64,000 bases of DNA. Origin: Lachnospiraceae bacterium. Its GTDB lineage: Bacteria > Bacillota > Clostridia > Lachnospirales > Lachnospiraceae. Below are positions 1 to 10,265 of this stretch, one piece after another. Both the position numbers and the translations under genes were made by a program. Below the pieces are notes generated by a model that searched no databases, was not told where the DNA came from, and saw nothing but the letters and a program-made list of their open reading frames with translations. Location of the stretch: contig JAEDFR010000001.1 in the NCBI GenBank assembly GCA_016297945.1, positions 3,654 through 67,653 of the forward strand. Direction: 5' to 3'. The stretch's first letter is position 1. Each line of letters opens with the position of its first letter.

Positions 1-1555
1 CTACAGCTTTTTTCTTGAAAATATTCTGATCTCCATTTGCCGCATTCAAACCGGGGAAAGACGTGTTTTCAAAATATTCATTCATATTTACATAGAAACC
101 ACGGCTATTATATCCACCGCCCTCTTCACGTTCACGAGGAGCTATACCAAACATATACTCTGCATATTTGGTTCCGTCAAATTTAGATGTTGCTGTCACT
201 TTATATATCTGACCATTTTTAACACCTGAGCCAAATGTAACGGAATTTGTTGTTGAAGTATTTGTCTCACTGTATTGAAGCTTTGCATAATTTGACGTAG
301 ATGTTACCCATGTTGAACCGTCCGGTTCACGCATTTCGATCTTCCATGTCAGTCCACCGGCATAAGGAACCCATTTTTGAACAACATTCGCATTTAATAC
401 CATAGTCTGATATCTACCATATGCATCGGCGTATGCATAACCATCTACTTCATCTGATTTTACAGTCGTTCCTGTATAGGTATCCCATGCATTTTTCCAT
501 GCGGACGAACCGGATGTCGCAACCAAACGAATGCTCTTTACACGACGAAGATGGATCTTAGACTGTTTTGATGTAGCACTAACTGTATTTCCCTCTGCAT
601 CTATGACTGATTTTGCAACAGAAACAGTAAAATCATCAATAGCAGAATTATCAAAATTATATCCATCAACAATCTGAAGCTTTGCAGTATTACTTAATGT
701 CTTATTACCATTGATGTCAGCTTCTGCTGCAGGCATTTTGAAACCATTCGCATCAGCACCATTCAAAAACCATTCCACATCATTATTATCCAGCATTTTA
801 TTGGATGTAACAGTTGCTGTAAAGTCAACTTCTTTTGAAGAAAGATTTCTTCTACTACCATCTGAAATCTCATTTACATAATAATAATTACCGGGAGCAC
901 CTGCAACAATATCAACATAAACCTGTTTCGGCTGTAATCCTAATACCATCTTCATGGGTTCATTGTTCGGATTATTCTCAGGAGCCTTATCCGCATAAGC
1001 ACGGTTACGCATCAATACCTGATAATTACCATTATAGGTTCTATTATTTTTTGTATAAGATAACTGGAAATCAATAATATTTTCCTTCTCAACATGAGAT
1101 GTATCAACCGTAAAATCAGATATATAGTTACCTAATAAAGAAAAACTATATGAAGACCATGTGCCTCCGACCGGTTTGTTACGTTCGCCAAGATAAAGTT
1201 TGTTTTCTGCAGTTCTTGCAATTACATAATCATATTCAACACCATCTCTGGCAAGCGAATGCAAAACCAAAATTTTATTTTCTGTATTGTCATATGAACT
1301 ATCAAGCGTTTCAGCACATAAATTTTCAGCATTATAGGAATCGATTGCATACTCGGAAATTGCATTTGCTACAAGCTGAGCTTCTGACTGCAACTGCGTT
1401 TCTACACTCATACGGCTGTAGTTTTTTGAAGATGACGTCATCATAAATGCAACAATGGTTGAGATGACAGCCAAAATACCGATTGCAACAACCAGTTCGA
1501 CTAAAGAAAAGCCGCTATTACATTTATTCTTTTTGGTCACAAACAAATCCTTCAT
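1..1555 (-). CDS. Large minor type IV pilin (prepilin N-terminal motif), 3' end outside the window
   Basis: Not in the ORF track, consistent with having no stop in the window. Manual translation from ATG at 1555 gives MKDLFVTKKNKCNSG|FSLVELVVAIGILAVISTIVAFMM, a class III signal peptide with Glu5. Purine-rich RBS (GAGAAGGAAG) upstream. About 518 codons to the window edge; only the 5' part was translated by hand. Confidence 0.88.
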   Translation of the reverse strand, partial: MKDLFVTKKNKCNSGFSLVELVVAIGILAVISTIVAFMMTSSSKNYSRMSVETQLQSEAQLVANAISEYAIDSYNAENLCAETLDSSYDNTENKILVLHSLARDGVEYDYVIARTAENKLYLGERNKPVGGTWSSYSFSLLGNYISDFTVDTSHVEKENIIDFQLSYTKNNRTYNGNYQVLMRNRAYADKAPENNPNNEPMKMVLGLQPKQVYVDIVAGAPGNYYYVNEISDGSRRNLSSKEVDFTATVTSNKMLDNNDVEWFLNGADANGFKMPAAEADINGNKTLSNTAKLQIVDGYNFDNSAIDDFTVSVAKSVIDAEGNTVSATSKQSKIHLRRVKSIRLVATSGSSAWKNAWDTYTGTTVKSDEVDGYAYADAYGRYQTMVLNANVVQKWVPYAGGLTWKIEMREPDGSTWVTSTSNYAKLQYSETNTSTTNSVTFGSGVKNGQIYKVTATSKFDGTKYAEYMFGIAPREREEGGGYNSRGFYVNMNEYFENTSFPGLNAANGDQNIFKKKAV

Positions 1556-1599
1556 ATTCTCTTCCTTCTCCTAATCTTATGATTCCATCGGAATAACCC

Positions 1600-2139
1600 C
1601 TAATATTTGCCAATTACTTTCCCGGTTTTTGCTATAATTTCAATCTTATAGTTCCTTGTACCGTTTGACACTCTAATCTCACTGATGTTTTTTGTTTTAT
1701 CAACCGTTCCGGCTGATCCTTCATATAATGCGCCGGTACTGCGGTCATAACATAGCTTTAATGAATTTGACGCATCAACATTATGATCACCATCAGCATC
1801 TGTATATGAAACCCTCAGATTTGATGTCTTACCAACCTTAGAAGTTTCTTCGATAAGGCTATAACCGCCACCGGAATATTCCGGATAATAAGTCGAAACA
1901 TAATACTTACCATCTGAGCCCATTTTCAGCTCCCAGTAAGCATCGCCGGTATTCTGCTGCTTACTTAAGGATTTAATCTTTGCACCATTCAGGCTGCTGG
2001 CAACTTTACCTGCACATTCTCTTGCACGATAACCGGAAATATTACCAATCCATGTGGCACCAATTCCTACCACAACGACCATGACAGCAATTACAACAAT
2101 TAATTCAATTAAAGAAAAACCTGCATTTTTATTTTTCAT
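1600..2139 (-). CDS. Minor type IV pilin (FimT/GspH-like), 179 aa
   Basis: MKNKNAG|FSLIELIVVIAVMVVVVG class III signal; C-terminal F/YDxxTG-type motifs typical of FimU/GspH-like pilins. Confidence 0.88.
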   Translation of the reverse strand: MKNKNAGFSLIELIVVIAVMVVVVGIGATWIGNISGYRARECAGKVASSLNGAKIKSLSKQQNTGDAYWELKMGSDGKYYVSTYYPEYSGGGYSLIEETSKVGKTSNLRVSYTDADGDHNVDASNSLKLCYDRSTGALYEGSAGTVDKTKNISEIRVSNGTRNYKIEIIAKTGKVIGKY

Positions 2140-2149
2140 GCGTTATCTC

Positions 2150-4750
2150 CTATTCCTTCTTCCAATTCTGATATGTAATCAAATCTGTTAATTGTATTGC
2201 ATTTTTGCTATCACCTGCAGTCACAACACCATAGGAAATCTGACCACTTGTTCCTAAAGCATCATAAACATGCGTTGTTGTATTTAAAATAGGATCTACA
2301 TATTCTAACTGCATCGCTTTAATCACTTTGGTAGGATTATAAGTAATCTTTGAACAACGGCTACAAATGTAGATATTTCCACCTGCTAAAATAAGTCCAT
2401 CGTAATTACCATTCACATACACATCACCACTCGTAATAATTAATGCCGTATTATCCGGACAAGATGTACTAGGATAAACAACATTTTTAGTTCCAACATA
2501 GGCACTGATTTCCGAAGAATCTGCCGGAATGGAATTATGAATAAAACTCATACTTTCCATGTTGGATAAAGCAGCCACATCCACCAAATTCTCAAATACA
2601 TCAGATGTTATCTGTGCACTCGACATTGCATCATAATTATCTTTTAATGTATGCATCAAAGCCGTATGTTTGTTGGAATACTCTTCCTGCCATAATCCCA
2701 TATTTAAGTACTTTGTAGAATTCTGATTAGAATCTTTAATAACGACAACTTCATCATTATTATTTAAATAGAACAAATTACCTGCTAAGGTAAGCTGACT
2801 TACTAAATTTCTGTTCCATTTTAAATCCTTAATATAAGAATTCACATATAAATTGACTGAATCGGGTGCATATTCACAATACGCACGATAAAACTCATTT
2901 GCCAGATTTTCATCAGCTGAGAAATCAAGATACAAATAAACCATTACAGAGCCATTGATTCTACGATAGACTGCCTTATAATTATTTGTATAGGATGCAG
3001 TTCCCATTTCTGTCCATAAAACAGACAATCTGACAGGTTCATATTTGTATGCATTTCTGTTAGCTTTTGTTTTTGTGATATCAAATGTCTTACCGGTATT
3101 CAAAGGATTATCATTAAATTCTTTTTCGTATTTTTTATATTCTTCACTTTCTTTATCCGGTGTATTCAATAATTTATTATACTCATCAATTGTCATCGGA
3201 TTTTTGGTTACAATCTGCTCATCTGTTCCTTTGATATAACCAACACATTCCAGCGGCACCATGTAAAATAACTGGTTTGCCTTAACAGACATGGATTCAC
3301 CCATCATGATATCAGATGTATTTTGAGGAACAATATCAGCACCGGCTAATTCTTTTGCAGATGTCATAATTTCATATTCGTCAGAGCCAAGCATATCTTC
3401 ATATTGTCCATCATAAGCTTGCTCATCTTCAATCTTATCAGAATTTAAAACTTTATTATTGACAGCTTCAATTAATGCATTGCCTGATAATGTTACGCCT
3501 GCTGCTGTTTTGCTGTGATATAAACTACCCATCGCCAGACGATCTTTGTCTGCATCATATTTTTTAGCACCAACATAAGCATGACCGGATAAAACCAGCT
3601 CATCCAATTTGGAAAAATCCAAAGTTGTATTAGCGCCATTAATCAAAATGGAACTGCTACCTTTAGAAACAGTATTTTCATTACCATATCCTCTGTAGTG
3701 CCCTTTTAATACTACTTTACTATTACGACCTGCAATATCCAAATCATCACCAACATACATATTACCATCACCATTAAAGTTGGAAGATGTAACATTTATG
3801 TTCTCAACAAAAGTGTTATACTTTTCATTAATATTAACGCCTGATGTAGCATCAGATGCTTTATCAAGATCAATAGATTTTGAAATCAGATTATAGGTTA
3901 AATCAAGCCCATTCGCATCATCTGTAGGGTCCTTTATGAAATCAATATTTGCCTGATTTCCAACCTGAACACCTTTTTTACCACCATAAACACTTCCGGA
4001 AATATCCAAAGAAGTAGAGCCTTTATTAACCGAAATGCCTGTGGGAACATCATCTAAATTACCTAAATCATTAATCAAAGAGTTATTAGCAACTAATGAA
4101 AACTCCTCCAAATTCAACTTTGAAGCACTCTGTGCAAAATCCAAATCCGGCACCTTCAGACGAATATCCGTCTCAATCATGGAAATATATCCATCATCAT
4201 TGGTATACACAATTTTAACATTCTTAATAGTAAAATAATCTGTATTAGTTAATGTAAGAGAATTGTTTCCACCGATTGCCTCTAAATAAGCTCCCTTATC
4301 TCCTGCTGATGTTGCATGAATTAAATCGGCAGCTTCCCACATATCCGTTAAATGTGTTGCAAGCCACTTATTTGTATCAGAAGGATCGCAAATTCTCGCC
4401 TGTAGATTTTGTGTATAATAATTTTTAAAATACACAGTCATTGTATCTGCATCCATATTTGCGGAATTTTTCATTGCTTTTACATACGCTTCGGACATAC
4501 TGTCGGAAATATCTTTTTGAAGTCCGGCATTGATGATATCAAGTGCATACTCGGCAGAATAAAAGTTATCTTTATTTCTTTTGTCGATATGCTTCATCAA
4601 ATAGTTGTAATAGGCCATATAAACCAACATTCCAACAAGCATTCCAATAAAAGCTATAGCAACGATTGCAACAACAATAGCTGCACCCTTGTTATCCTCT
4701 TTTAAAATATTAAGTTTTTTTCTTAACCTAGTTCTTAACCTGGAAAACAT
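2150..4750 (-). CDS. Large PilX/GspK-like minor pilin, 866 aa
   Basis: Basic leader ending KG|AAIVVAIVAIAF with no Glu5, the PilX/GspK hallmark; lies within the pilin cluster. Confidence 0.8.
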   Translation of the reverse strand: MFSRLRTRLRKKLNILKEDNKGAAIVVAIVAIAFIGMLVGMLVYMAYYNYLMKHIDKRNKDNFYSAEYALDIINAGLQKDISDSMSEAYVKAMKNSANMDADTMTVYFKNYYTQNLQARICDPSDTNKWLATHLTDMWEAADLIHATSAGDKGAYLEAIGGNNSLTLTNTDYFTIKNVKIVYTNDDGYISMIETDIRLKVPDLDFAQSASKLNLEEFSLVANNSLINDLGNLDDVPTGISVNKGSTSLDISGSVYGGKKGVQVGNQANIDFIKDPTDDANGLDLTYNLISKSIDLDKASDATSGVNINEKYNTFVENINVTSSNFNGDGNMYVGDDLDIAGRNSKVVLKGHYRGYGNENTVSKGSSSILINGANTTLDFSKLDELVLSGHAYVGAKKYDADKDRLAMGSLYHSKTAAGVTLSGNALIEAVNNKVLNSDKIEDEQAYDGQYEDMLGSDEYEIMTSAKELAGADIVPQNTSDIMMGESMSVKANQLFYMVPLECVGYIKGTDEQIVTKNPMTIDEYNKLLNTPDKESEEYKKYEKEFNDNPLNTGKTFDITKTKANRNAYKYEPVRLSVLWTEMGTASYTNNYKAVYRRINGSVMVYLYLDFSADENLANEFYRAYCEYAPDSVNLYVNSYIKDLKWNRNLVSQLTLAGNLFYLNNNDEVVVIKDSNQNSTKYLNMGLWQEEYSNKHTALMHTLKDNYDAMSSAQITSDVFENLVDVAALSNMESMSFIHNSIPADSSEISAYVGTKNVVYPSTSCPDNTALIITSGDVYVNGNYDGLILAGGNIYICSRCSKITYNPTKVIKAMQLEYVDPILNTTTHVYDALGTSGQISYGVVTAGDSKNAIQLTDLITYQNWKKE

Positions 4751-4795
4751 CTATTGTTTCATCCTTTCAATCCAACTAATCCATCTGTCCGCAAT

Positions 4796-6217
4796 TTAAT
4801 TAGATAAACCTCCGGTATAGGACGCTATCGTTCTGGTCTTACCATTTTCACGAATTTCAATCTTTACATCATATAAAACATCTTTTTGGGTTCTTCTATA
4901 ACCATCAAATACGTATTTCTCATAAAAATCATTGCCTTTGGAAACACTATCTCCAATAGCAGTCGAATCATCATTATAATAAATCAAAGAGCGCGCTCTT
5001 GAATAATGTGTACTGGCCACTTCTGCATCGGTAATGCCATCAAGCTTTTCCATGGTACCTTCTTTATAGACTCTCTTATTATCATCATAAAGTAAATTCG
5101 AACGTAAATTTGATACAATCTCGACATTGTCAACAGTTAATGCAGAAGGATCTGTTGATTCTTTCGAACTAACATATACATCACACGCATAATTGTTATT
5201 AAAAGTAATAACACTCGGCTGTGTTAATGTAGCAGGATCCACATTTCTAATCAAATATACAGTAACCGGTTGATTAGTCGTATTATTAATTTCGATTTTT
5301 TCTCTATTTGTAGAACTGGCACCACTTAATCCTTCAAAATACAGATATATACTTCTAGGCATAATATTCGATTCAGCTTTTGAAAGATTTCCGCTTCTTT
5401 CAATAAATGTTGTAGAAGCATCATCTGCATGCGTTCCAGTAAATCCGAGTGAGGATTTCGCTGTATCCAACACTTTATATGTAGTTACAACTTCAACAGC
5501 ATAATCCGGAGCCGCATCTGTGCCGGCGTTGGTAAAATTAATCGAAATGGTTCGTCCGACTTTTCCAACAAAATCAGTTAACGGTGTGGAAGGAATTGCA
5601 GATTTCTGTCTCAAATTGCTATACGCCAGTTCTTCTTCATCAGCCTTTATGGTATCAACCGCATCAAAATACTGATCTACATGATAAATATTTGCATATT
5701 CTTTTCCATTAATCTCTTCTGCTATTTCCTGCGGTGTTTTGTTTCCTGCATCAACATTGGTACTAATGGAAGTAGAATCAATCGTAATTGTCACATCATA
5801 ATTATTGTAATTACCCGTTGCCGTCTGGATACCACTTACCGTATACACAAACTTCGTCCAGTCATTTGGCATGGGTGCGGAAATATTGGTCAACGTATTG
5901 TTGCTTACAGTAGCAACCTGTCCGCTACAACCTGCGACTGTTGTGCCGCCGGGTAAAACACGTTTTTTTGCTAAAATTGAATTATCAGAAACGGAAGCCA
6001 AAAAGAAATAGTCTGCATTTTCCTGAGCCGTATACTGGCTCATACCTTCCATGATATCCTGCGCAAGATTCAATGCATTCAATTGCTTTCTGGATTTCAA
6101 ATTCATTTTAGATGACTGTATGAAGTTTGCTAATAGTGGTGAAACTGCAATTGCCAAAATGACAATTGCAATAACCAATTCCACTAAAGTAAAACCTTGG
6201 TTTTTCTTTTTCTTCAT
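4796..6217 (-). CDS. Minor type IV pilin (PilV-like N-terminus) with large C-terminal domain, 473 aa
   Basis: MKKKKNQG|FTLVELVIAIVILAIAVSPLL followed by a LAQDIME helix. Confidence 0.87.
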   Translation of the reverse strand: MKKKKNQGFTLVELVIAIVILAIAVSPLLANFIQSSKMNLKSRKQLNALNLAQDIMEGMSQYTAQENADYFFLASVSDNSILAKKRVLPGGTTVAGCSGQVATVSNNTLTNISAPMPNDWTKFVYTVSGIQTATGNYNNYDVTITIDSTSISTNVDAGNKTPQEIAEEINGKEYANIYHVDQYFDAVDTIKADEEELAYSNLRQKSAIPSTPLTDFVGKVGRTISINFTNAGTDAAPDYAVEVVTTYKVLDTAKSSLGFTGTHADDASTTFIERSGNLSKAESNIMPRSIYLYFEGLSGASSTNREKIEINNTTNQPVTVYLIRNVDPATLTQPSVITFNNNYACDVYVSSKESTDPSALTVDNVEIVSNLRSNLLYDDNKRVYKEGTMEKLDGITDAEVASTHYSRARSLIYYNDDSTAIGDSVSKGNDFYEKYVFDGYRRTQKDVLYDVKIEIRENGKTRTIASYTGGLSN

Positions 6218-6251
6218 AGGATAACCCCTTCAAGTTGCATAAAAAGGAAAT

Positions 6252-7046
6252 TTATTCAGCTTCTGATGCTTCTGCTTCCTCTTCTGCTCTTTTTTCAGCA
6301 GCTACAGCTGCACTCTTTTCACCTGTATTAAAGATATCGTTGGTTCCGTAGAATACTCCGGGCACATTCGGAGCTGTGTATTCTTTATCCGTACCGGTCA
6401 ATGAATAAGCGGTAAATGCCATGGATGAAGCTAACTTTCCGGTTTCTGTATCAAATACAACGGATAAAGAGTTGATTGATTTTCTATCGGGATCAGTATT
6501 GATATATGTAATAATATCTTTTAAAGAGCGATAAGAAGACTGCATGCTGACACTGATTGGTGTCTGATACAGACTAATCTGCGGTGTTGCTACTTCAACT
6601 GTATCATTTGCAGCTTCTTCTGTTCCTTCACCTTCTACGGCAACTTCAGGGGAACCGGCATCAACAGTTTCTGTTGTAGGTGCTGCCACTTCGATCATGC
6701 TACTGTTACCCATGGAAATTGTAGGAATTTCAGCATCATAATTGTTTTCCACATTAATAATGTATAAAATATCATCTTCCGGCTTGTATGCAGCAGGGAA
6801 ATGTGTCTTAATTTCCTCAATCTGAATCTGCATAGCCTGTGTATCATCAATATATTGCTGTTTGTGATCTGCAAGATCCTGCAAATAATCAACCTCTGAC
6901 TGCAACACTTCATTGGATGCATTCATTGCGGCTGTCTTTTCGGTATAGCTGTTATAAACAAAGAAATAAACGCCAACCGGAATTAAAATACCCAAAAGCA
7001 TGATAAGAATATTTACATCTGATTTTTTTAATTTCATATTGTTCAT
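6252..7046 (-). CDS. pilO: Type IV pilus alignment protein, PilO-like
   Basis: Single N-terminal TM, coiled coil and ferredoxin-like C-terminus (SYRSLKDIITYI); directly follows pilMN. Confidence 0.72.
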   Translation of the reverse strand: MNNMKLKKSDVNILIMLLGILIPVGVYFFVYNSYTEKTAAMNASNEVLQSEVDYLQDLADHKQQYIDDTQAMQIQIEEIKTHFPAAYKPEDDILYIINVENNYDAEIPTISMGNSSMIEVAAPTTETVDAGSPEVAVEGEGTEEAANDTVEVATPQISLYQTPISVSMQSSYRSLKDIITYINTDPDRKSINSLSVVFDTETGKLASSMAFTAYSLTGTDKEYTAPNVPGVFYGTNDIFNTGEKSAAVAAEKRAEEEAEASEAE

Positions 7047-7051
7047 TCCTC

Positions 7052-8851
7052 CTACTCTGCTGTCTCTTCAGCATCTTCTACCGCATACATCGGATTATCG
7101 CCATAAGTACATGTAACTGCAAAAGTAACACCTGTTGCGCCTGTCTCATCATCCGTATATTCGGTAATTCCATTTACAAAAACGTCGGAGAAATTTTCAA
7201 AGGTACGCAGATTGACGATAGTTGCTGCTGCTTCTTCTTTGGTTTCTACCTCTACAGATAATGCAATCGTGCTATTATTCGCAGAGAACGCATTAATCTG
7301 TGCAGATGCAGGAAGCTTTTCTTCCAACTCCGTAATAACATTGTTCAATGCTTCATTATTGGTAGATGTTGCATCATAAATTGCTGTTAAATAATCATAA
7401 TCGGCTTTTGTGCTTACATATGCATTATATGTCTCTCTAACAGGCTCTAACTGTGCCTTGCGCTCTGTTAATGTTTCGTTTCTTGTCTTAGCCTGGAAAT
7501 AAGGAACCAGACACATTGCAGCAATCACGATTGCAGCAACAATACCTGCGCCTAAAACAATGTAAGGTAAGGTTTCATTCTGACCGATGGATGAAAGCTG
7601 ACCTTTCGCATCTTTAGATTTTTTACCTTTTGTTTCAGTTATTGCACCCTGGAAACCAACACCGGTAAGGGTTGCACCGATTGCAGCAATGTAATCACCA
7701 AGTGATACACCCTGTAAGTGAAGACCCTGTGTAATATTTGTTCCTGCAAGATCTTTTAATACTTCAACATCACGACCGAGTTCCTGTGAAAGTAATCCGT
7801 CAAATCCCCAGAAGTCTGCAGCGATACCGGTAATAATGATATTATCAATAGCTGCATCTTTGTTTTTAGAGTTATAATAATCAATTACTCGAACGATAGA
7901 ACCGATTAACTGCTGATAGCTGATGGTTACATCTCTTCTTAAACGAAGCATCTTTAAGTTTGCACCGGCCTGCCTTGCAGCAACCGTTGTAGATGCAATC
8001 TGAGATGTATCACCGGTTGTCTCAGCTAAATTATGTGCAGCTGCGGCAGCCTGCTCTAACTGTTGAACCTCTGCCTCTTTTTCTGCCAACAGGGCCTCCT
8101 CTTCCGGTCTCATAACCAGATTGTTACGACGAAGTGTTTTAACTGCATCCGTATAAGATAAAAGCTCTCCGTATACATCCGTCTCCATCATGACATCTAC
8201 GATCTGGTCAGCACCATAGATACCGGGACGCTGCATCGTGATAACACCATTGTTGGTTACTGTTAACAGAGATGATCTTTCATCAATCTTTACGATTAAG
8301 TTAACACCTTTGTTGAATCTGCTTCTTAAAGCCTGGAAGATACAGCTACCTGTATAATCAATAGAAGATAGGGTCAGTCCCAAACTGTTAGCTAGAACCG
8401 AATAACCTCTTAAGATATCATCGGGAGCAGCCACAACCATGACACGATACTGTTTTGTACCGGCATCATCCTGCATTGTCTCCATGATATTGTAAGCGAA
8501 CTGATATTGAGAAGGGTCAACCGGGAAATAGTCTGTGATGTTTGTCATCAACAATTCACGGATCTGTTTTTTCTTTACAAAAGGAATAACCGCTTCTCTG
8601 TTTGCGATTTTTGTGGATGAAACTGCAAAAATAACTCTCTTTGCATTCATTCCGTTAGCAACAATGTTTGCTTTTAAATCATTGACGTATTCCTCTGTCG
8701 GATTAATTAATCCGTCATTAAAAATACCATCCGGTGTCTTCATACTGAAAACGCCGTAAACCTGTGGATGTTTTGACTGGTAATCCATCTCAACAACCTG
8801 TGTCAAGGAATATCCAATCTCAATACCAAGTACTCTTTGTGCCTTTGCCAT
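7052..8851 (-). CDS. pilM: PilM-PilN fusion protein
   Basis: Actin-like N-terminus (VLGIEIG...IIITGIAADFWGFDGLLSQELG), then TM, coiled coil and PilN-like domain (ELEEKLP...LRTFENFSDVFV). Confidence 0.85.
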   Translation of the reverse strand: MAKAQRVLGIEIGYSLTQVVEMDYQSKHPQVYGVFSMKTPDGIFNDGLINPTEEYVNDLKANIVANGMNAKRVIFAVSSTKIANREAVIPFVKKKQIRELLMTNITDYFPVDPSQYQFAYNIMETMQDDAGTKQYRVMVVAAPDDILRGYSVLANSLGLTLSSIDYTGSCIFQALRSRFNKGVNLIVKIDERSSLLTVTNNGVITMQRPGIYGADQIVDVMMETDVYGELLSYTDAVKTLRRNNLVMRPEEEALLAEKEAEVQQLEQAAAAAHNLAETTGDTSQIASTTVAARQAGANLKMLRLRRDVTISYQQLIGSIVRVIDYYNSKNKDAAIDNIIITGIAADFWGFDGLLSQELGRDVEVLKDLAGTNITQGLHLQGVSLGDYIAAIGATLTGVGFQGAITETKGKKSKDAKGQLSSIGQNETLPYIVLGAGIVAAIVIAAMCLVPYFQAKTRNETLTERKAQLEPVRETYNAYVSTKADYDYLTAIYDATSTNNEALNNVITELEEKLPASAQINAFSANNSTIALSVEVETKEEAAATIVNLRTFENFSDVFVNGITEYTDDETGATGVTFAVTCTYGDNPMYAVEDAEETAE

Positions 8852-8963
8852 GATTTACCTCCCTGCAAAATAGGATTTAACCTTTTTATTTCTTTATTTG
8901 TATATATATTAAAGTTTGTTTCCACTTGCTCTATCTGTTTGTTTGACTCATAAGAATTCAGAT

Positions 8964-9743
8964 TTACTTACTAATGATAAACAAACTTAGATACCAATTT
9001 AAAAACTGACTTCCCCAAAGAGCTGCCATAAAAATACCGACAGATAAGTAAGGGCCCATCGCCAGTTTGTGCTCCGCATTTGACACTTTCATGCGTATCA
9101 GATGTATCACCGAAGCAACAATACATCCCAATAAAAACGCTACAATTGCATTCTGCCATCCCAAGAGCAGCCCTGCCGCTCCCATTAATTTCACGTCTCC
9201 ACCGCCAATGGCAGTCCCCTGTGAGACCTGATAAATAATCCAAAGGAATCCACTGACTGCTACGAGACCGATCCCATAAGTCACCCAATCCCCTAAGTGA
9301 AATATGAGATGGATCAGTCCCAAAGCCAGTATAAACAAGTTGACTCCAATTGGAATCTCGTATGTTCTAAAATCGATGACGCTAAGTACAATCAGCGCCG
9401 AAGCTAATAAACAGTATATAACCGAATCTATACTCCAACCGTTTACTAAAAAAAACAGTACATATAAGACCCCATTTAGTCCTTCAACCAAAGGATACTG
9501 GAGGGATATATGTGTTTTGCACTTTCGACATCGACCGCGTAAAAATATGTAAGAGAATAAGGGAACTAAATCGTACCATGCCAATTGGTAACCGCATGAC
9601 ATGCAGTGTGACCTGTCCTTTGCAATGCTCTCCTTAAGTGGAATACGTAATATGCAGACATTTAAAAAGCTGCCTATTACGATCCCAAATAAGAATATCA
9701 CCACATATAAAATTATTCCGTAAATACATTCTTCAGTGGTCAT
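8964..9743 (-). CDS. pilD: Prepilin peptidase / N-methyltransferase
   Basis: GSFLNVCILRIP, CxxC...CxxC Zn motif, catalytic SVID and GGGDVKL motifs. Confidence 0.96.
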   Translation of the reverse strand: MTTEECIYGIILYVVIFLFGIVIGSFLNVCILRIPLKESIAKDRSHCMSCGYQLAWYDLVPLFSYIFLRGRCRKCKTHISLQYPLVEGLNGVLYVLFFLVNGWSIDSVIYCLLASALIVLSVIDFRTYEIPIGVNLFILALGLIHLIFHLGDWVTYGIGLVAVSGFLWIIYQVSQGTAIGGGDVKLMGAAGLLLGWQNAIVAFLLGCIVASVIHLIRMKVSNAEHKLAMGPYLSVGIFMAALWGSQFLNWYLSLFIISK

Positions 9744-9776
9744 AGGGGAGAATGTCTCCTTAAGTGCTAGGTTTGA

Positions 9777-10193
9777 TTAGTGACCTGAAATTGATAATGT
9801 GCTACCAATGTAAACAGTAAAGTTACCATTAGCATCTGTCTCAAATTCAGGCCATGCTGTATTACCAGGGGTACCGGAAGCTTTTGATTTCCACTTCGGA
9901 GCAACACCACCCATGGTATCTTCTACTTCTTTTGTCCATGAGCCGGCAGTGCCGCCAGCGGTGAACGTTCTTCTACTTGTGCCGTATTCAGGAACACCTG
10001 TTAAATCAGGGTCAGCTGCAGCTGTTGTACAAGCTGTGTAGAATGAGTCTAACTGATCTTTATCAGCTGAAACTCTTGATTTTTCAACATATTTTAAGTA
10101 CTGGGGTGCTAATACACCTACCAAAATTGCCATAATGGCAATAACGATGATTAACTCAACAAGTGAGAAACCTTTGTTATTTGTCTTTTTCAT
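9777..10193 (-). CDS. pilA: Probable major type IV pilin, 138 aa
   Basis: MKKTNNKG|FSLVELIIVIAIMAILVGVLAPQYLKYVEKSR; strong RBS AAGGAG; small size; between pilC and pilD. Confidence 0.9.
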   Translation of the reverse strand: MKKTNNKGFSLVELIIVIAIMAILVGVLAPQYLKYVEKSRVSADKDQLDSFYTACTTAAADPDLTGVPEYGTSRRTFTAGGTAGSWTKEVEDTMGGVAPKWKSKASGTPGNTAWPEFETDANGNFTVYIGSTLSISGH

Positions 10194-10265
10194 AGTAAAC
10201 TCTCCTTTTATTCATTTTTATTTATTAAAATCTTCACGCCCCTATTACATGAAGTTTTAACCAGA

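Noticed and set aside
835..1446. Plus-strand ORFs 835-1077 and 1150-1446, and the many other short antisense ORFs in the track
   Set aside because: They are shadows of longer, motif-bearing genes on the opposite strand or frame
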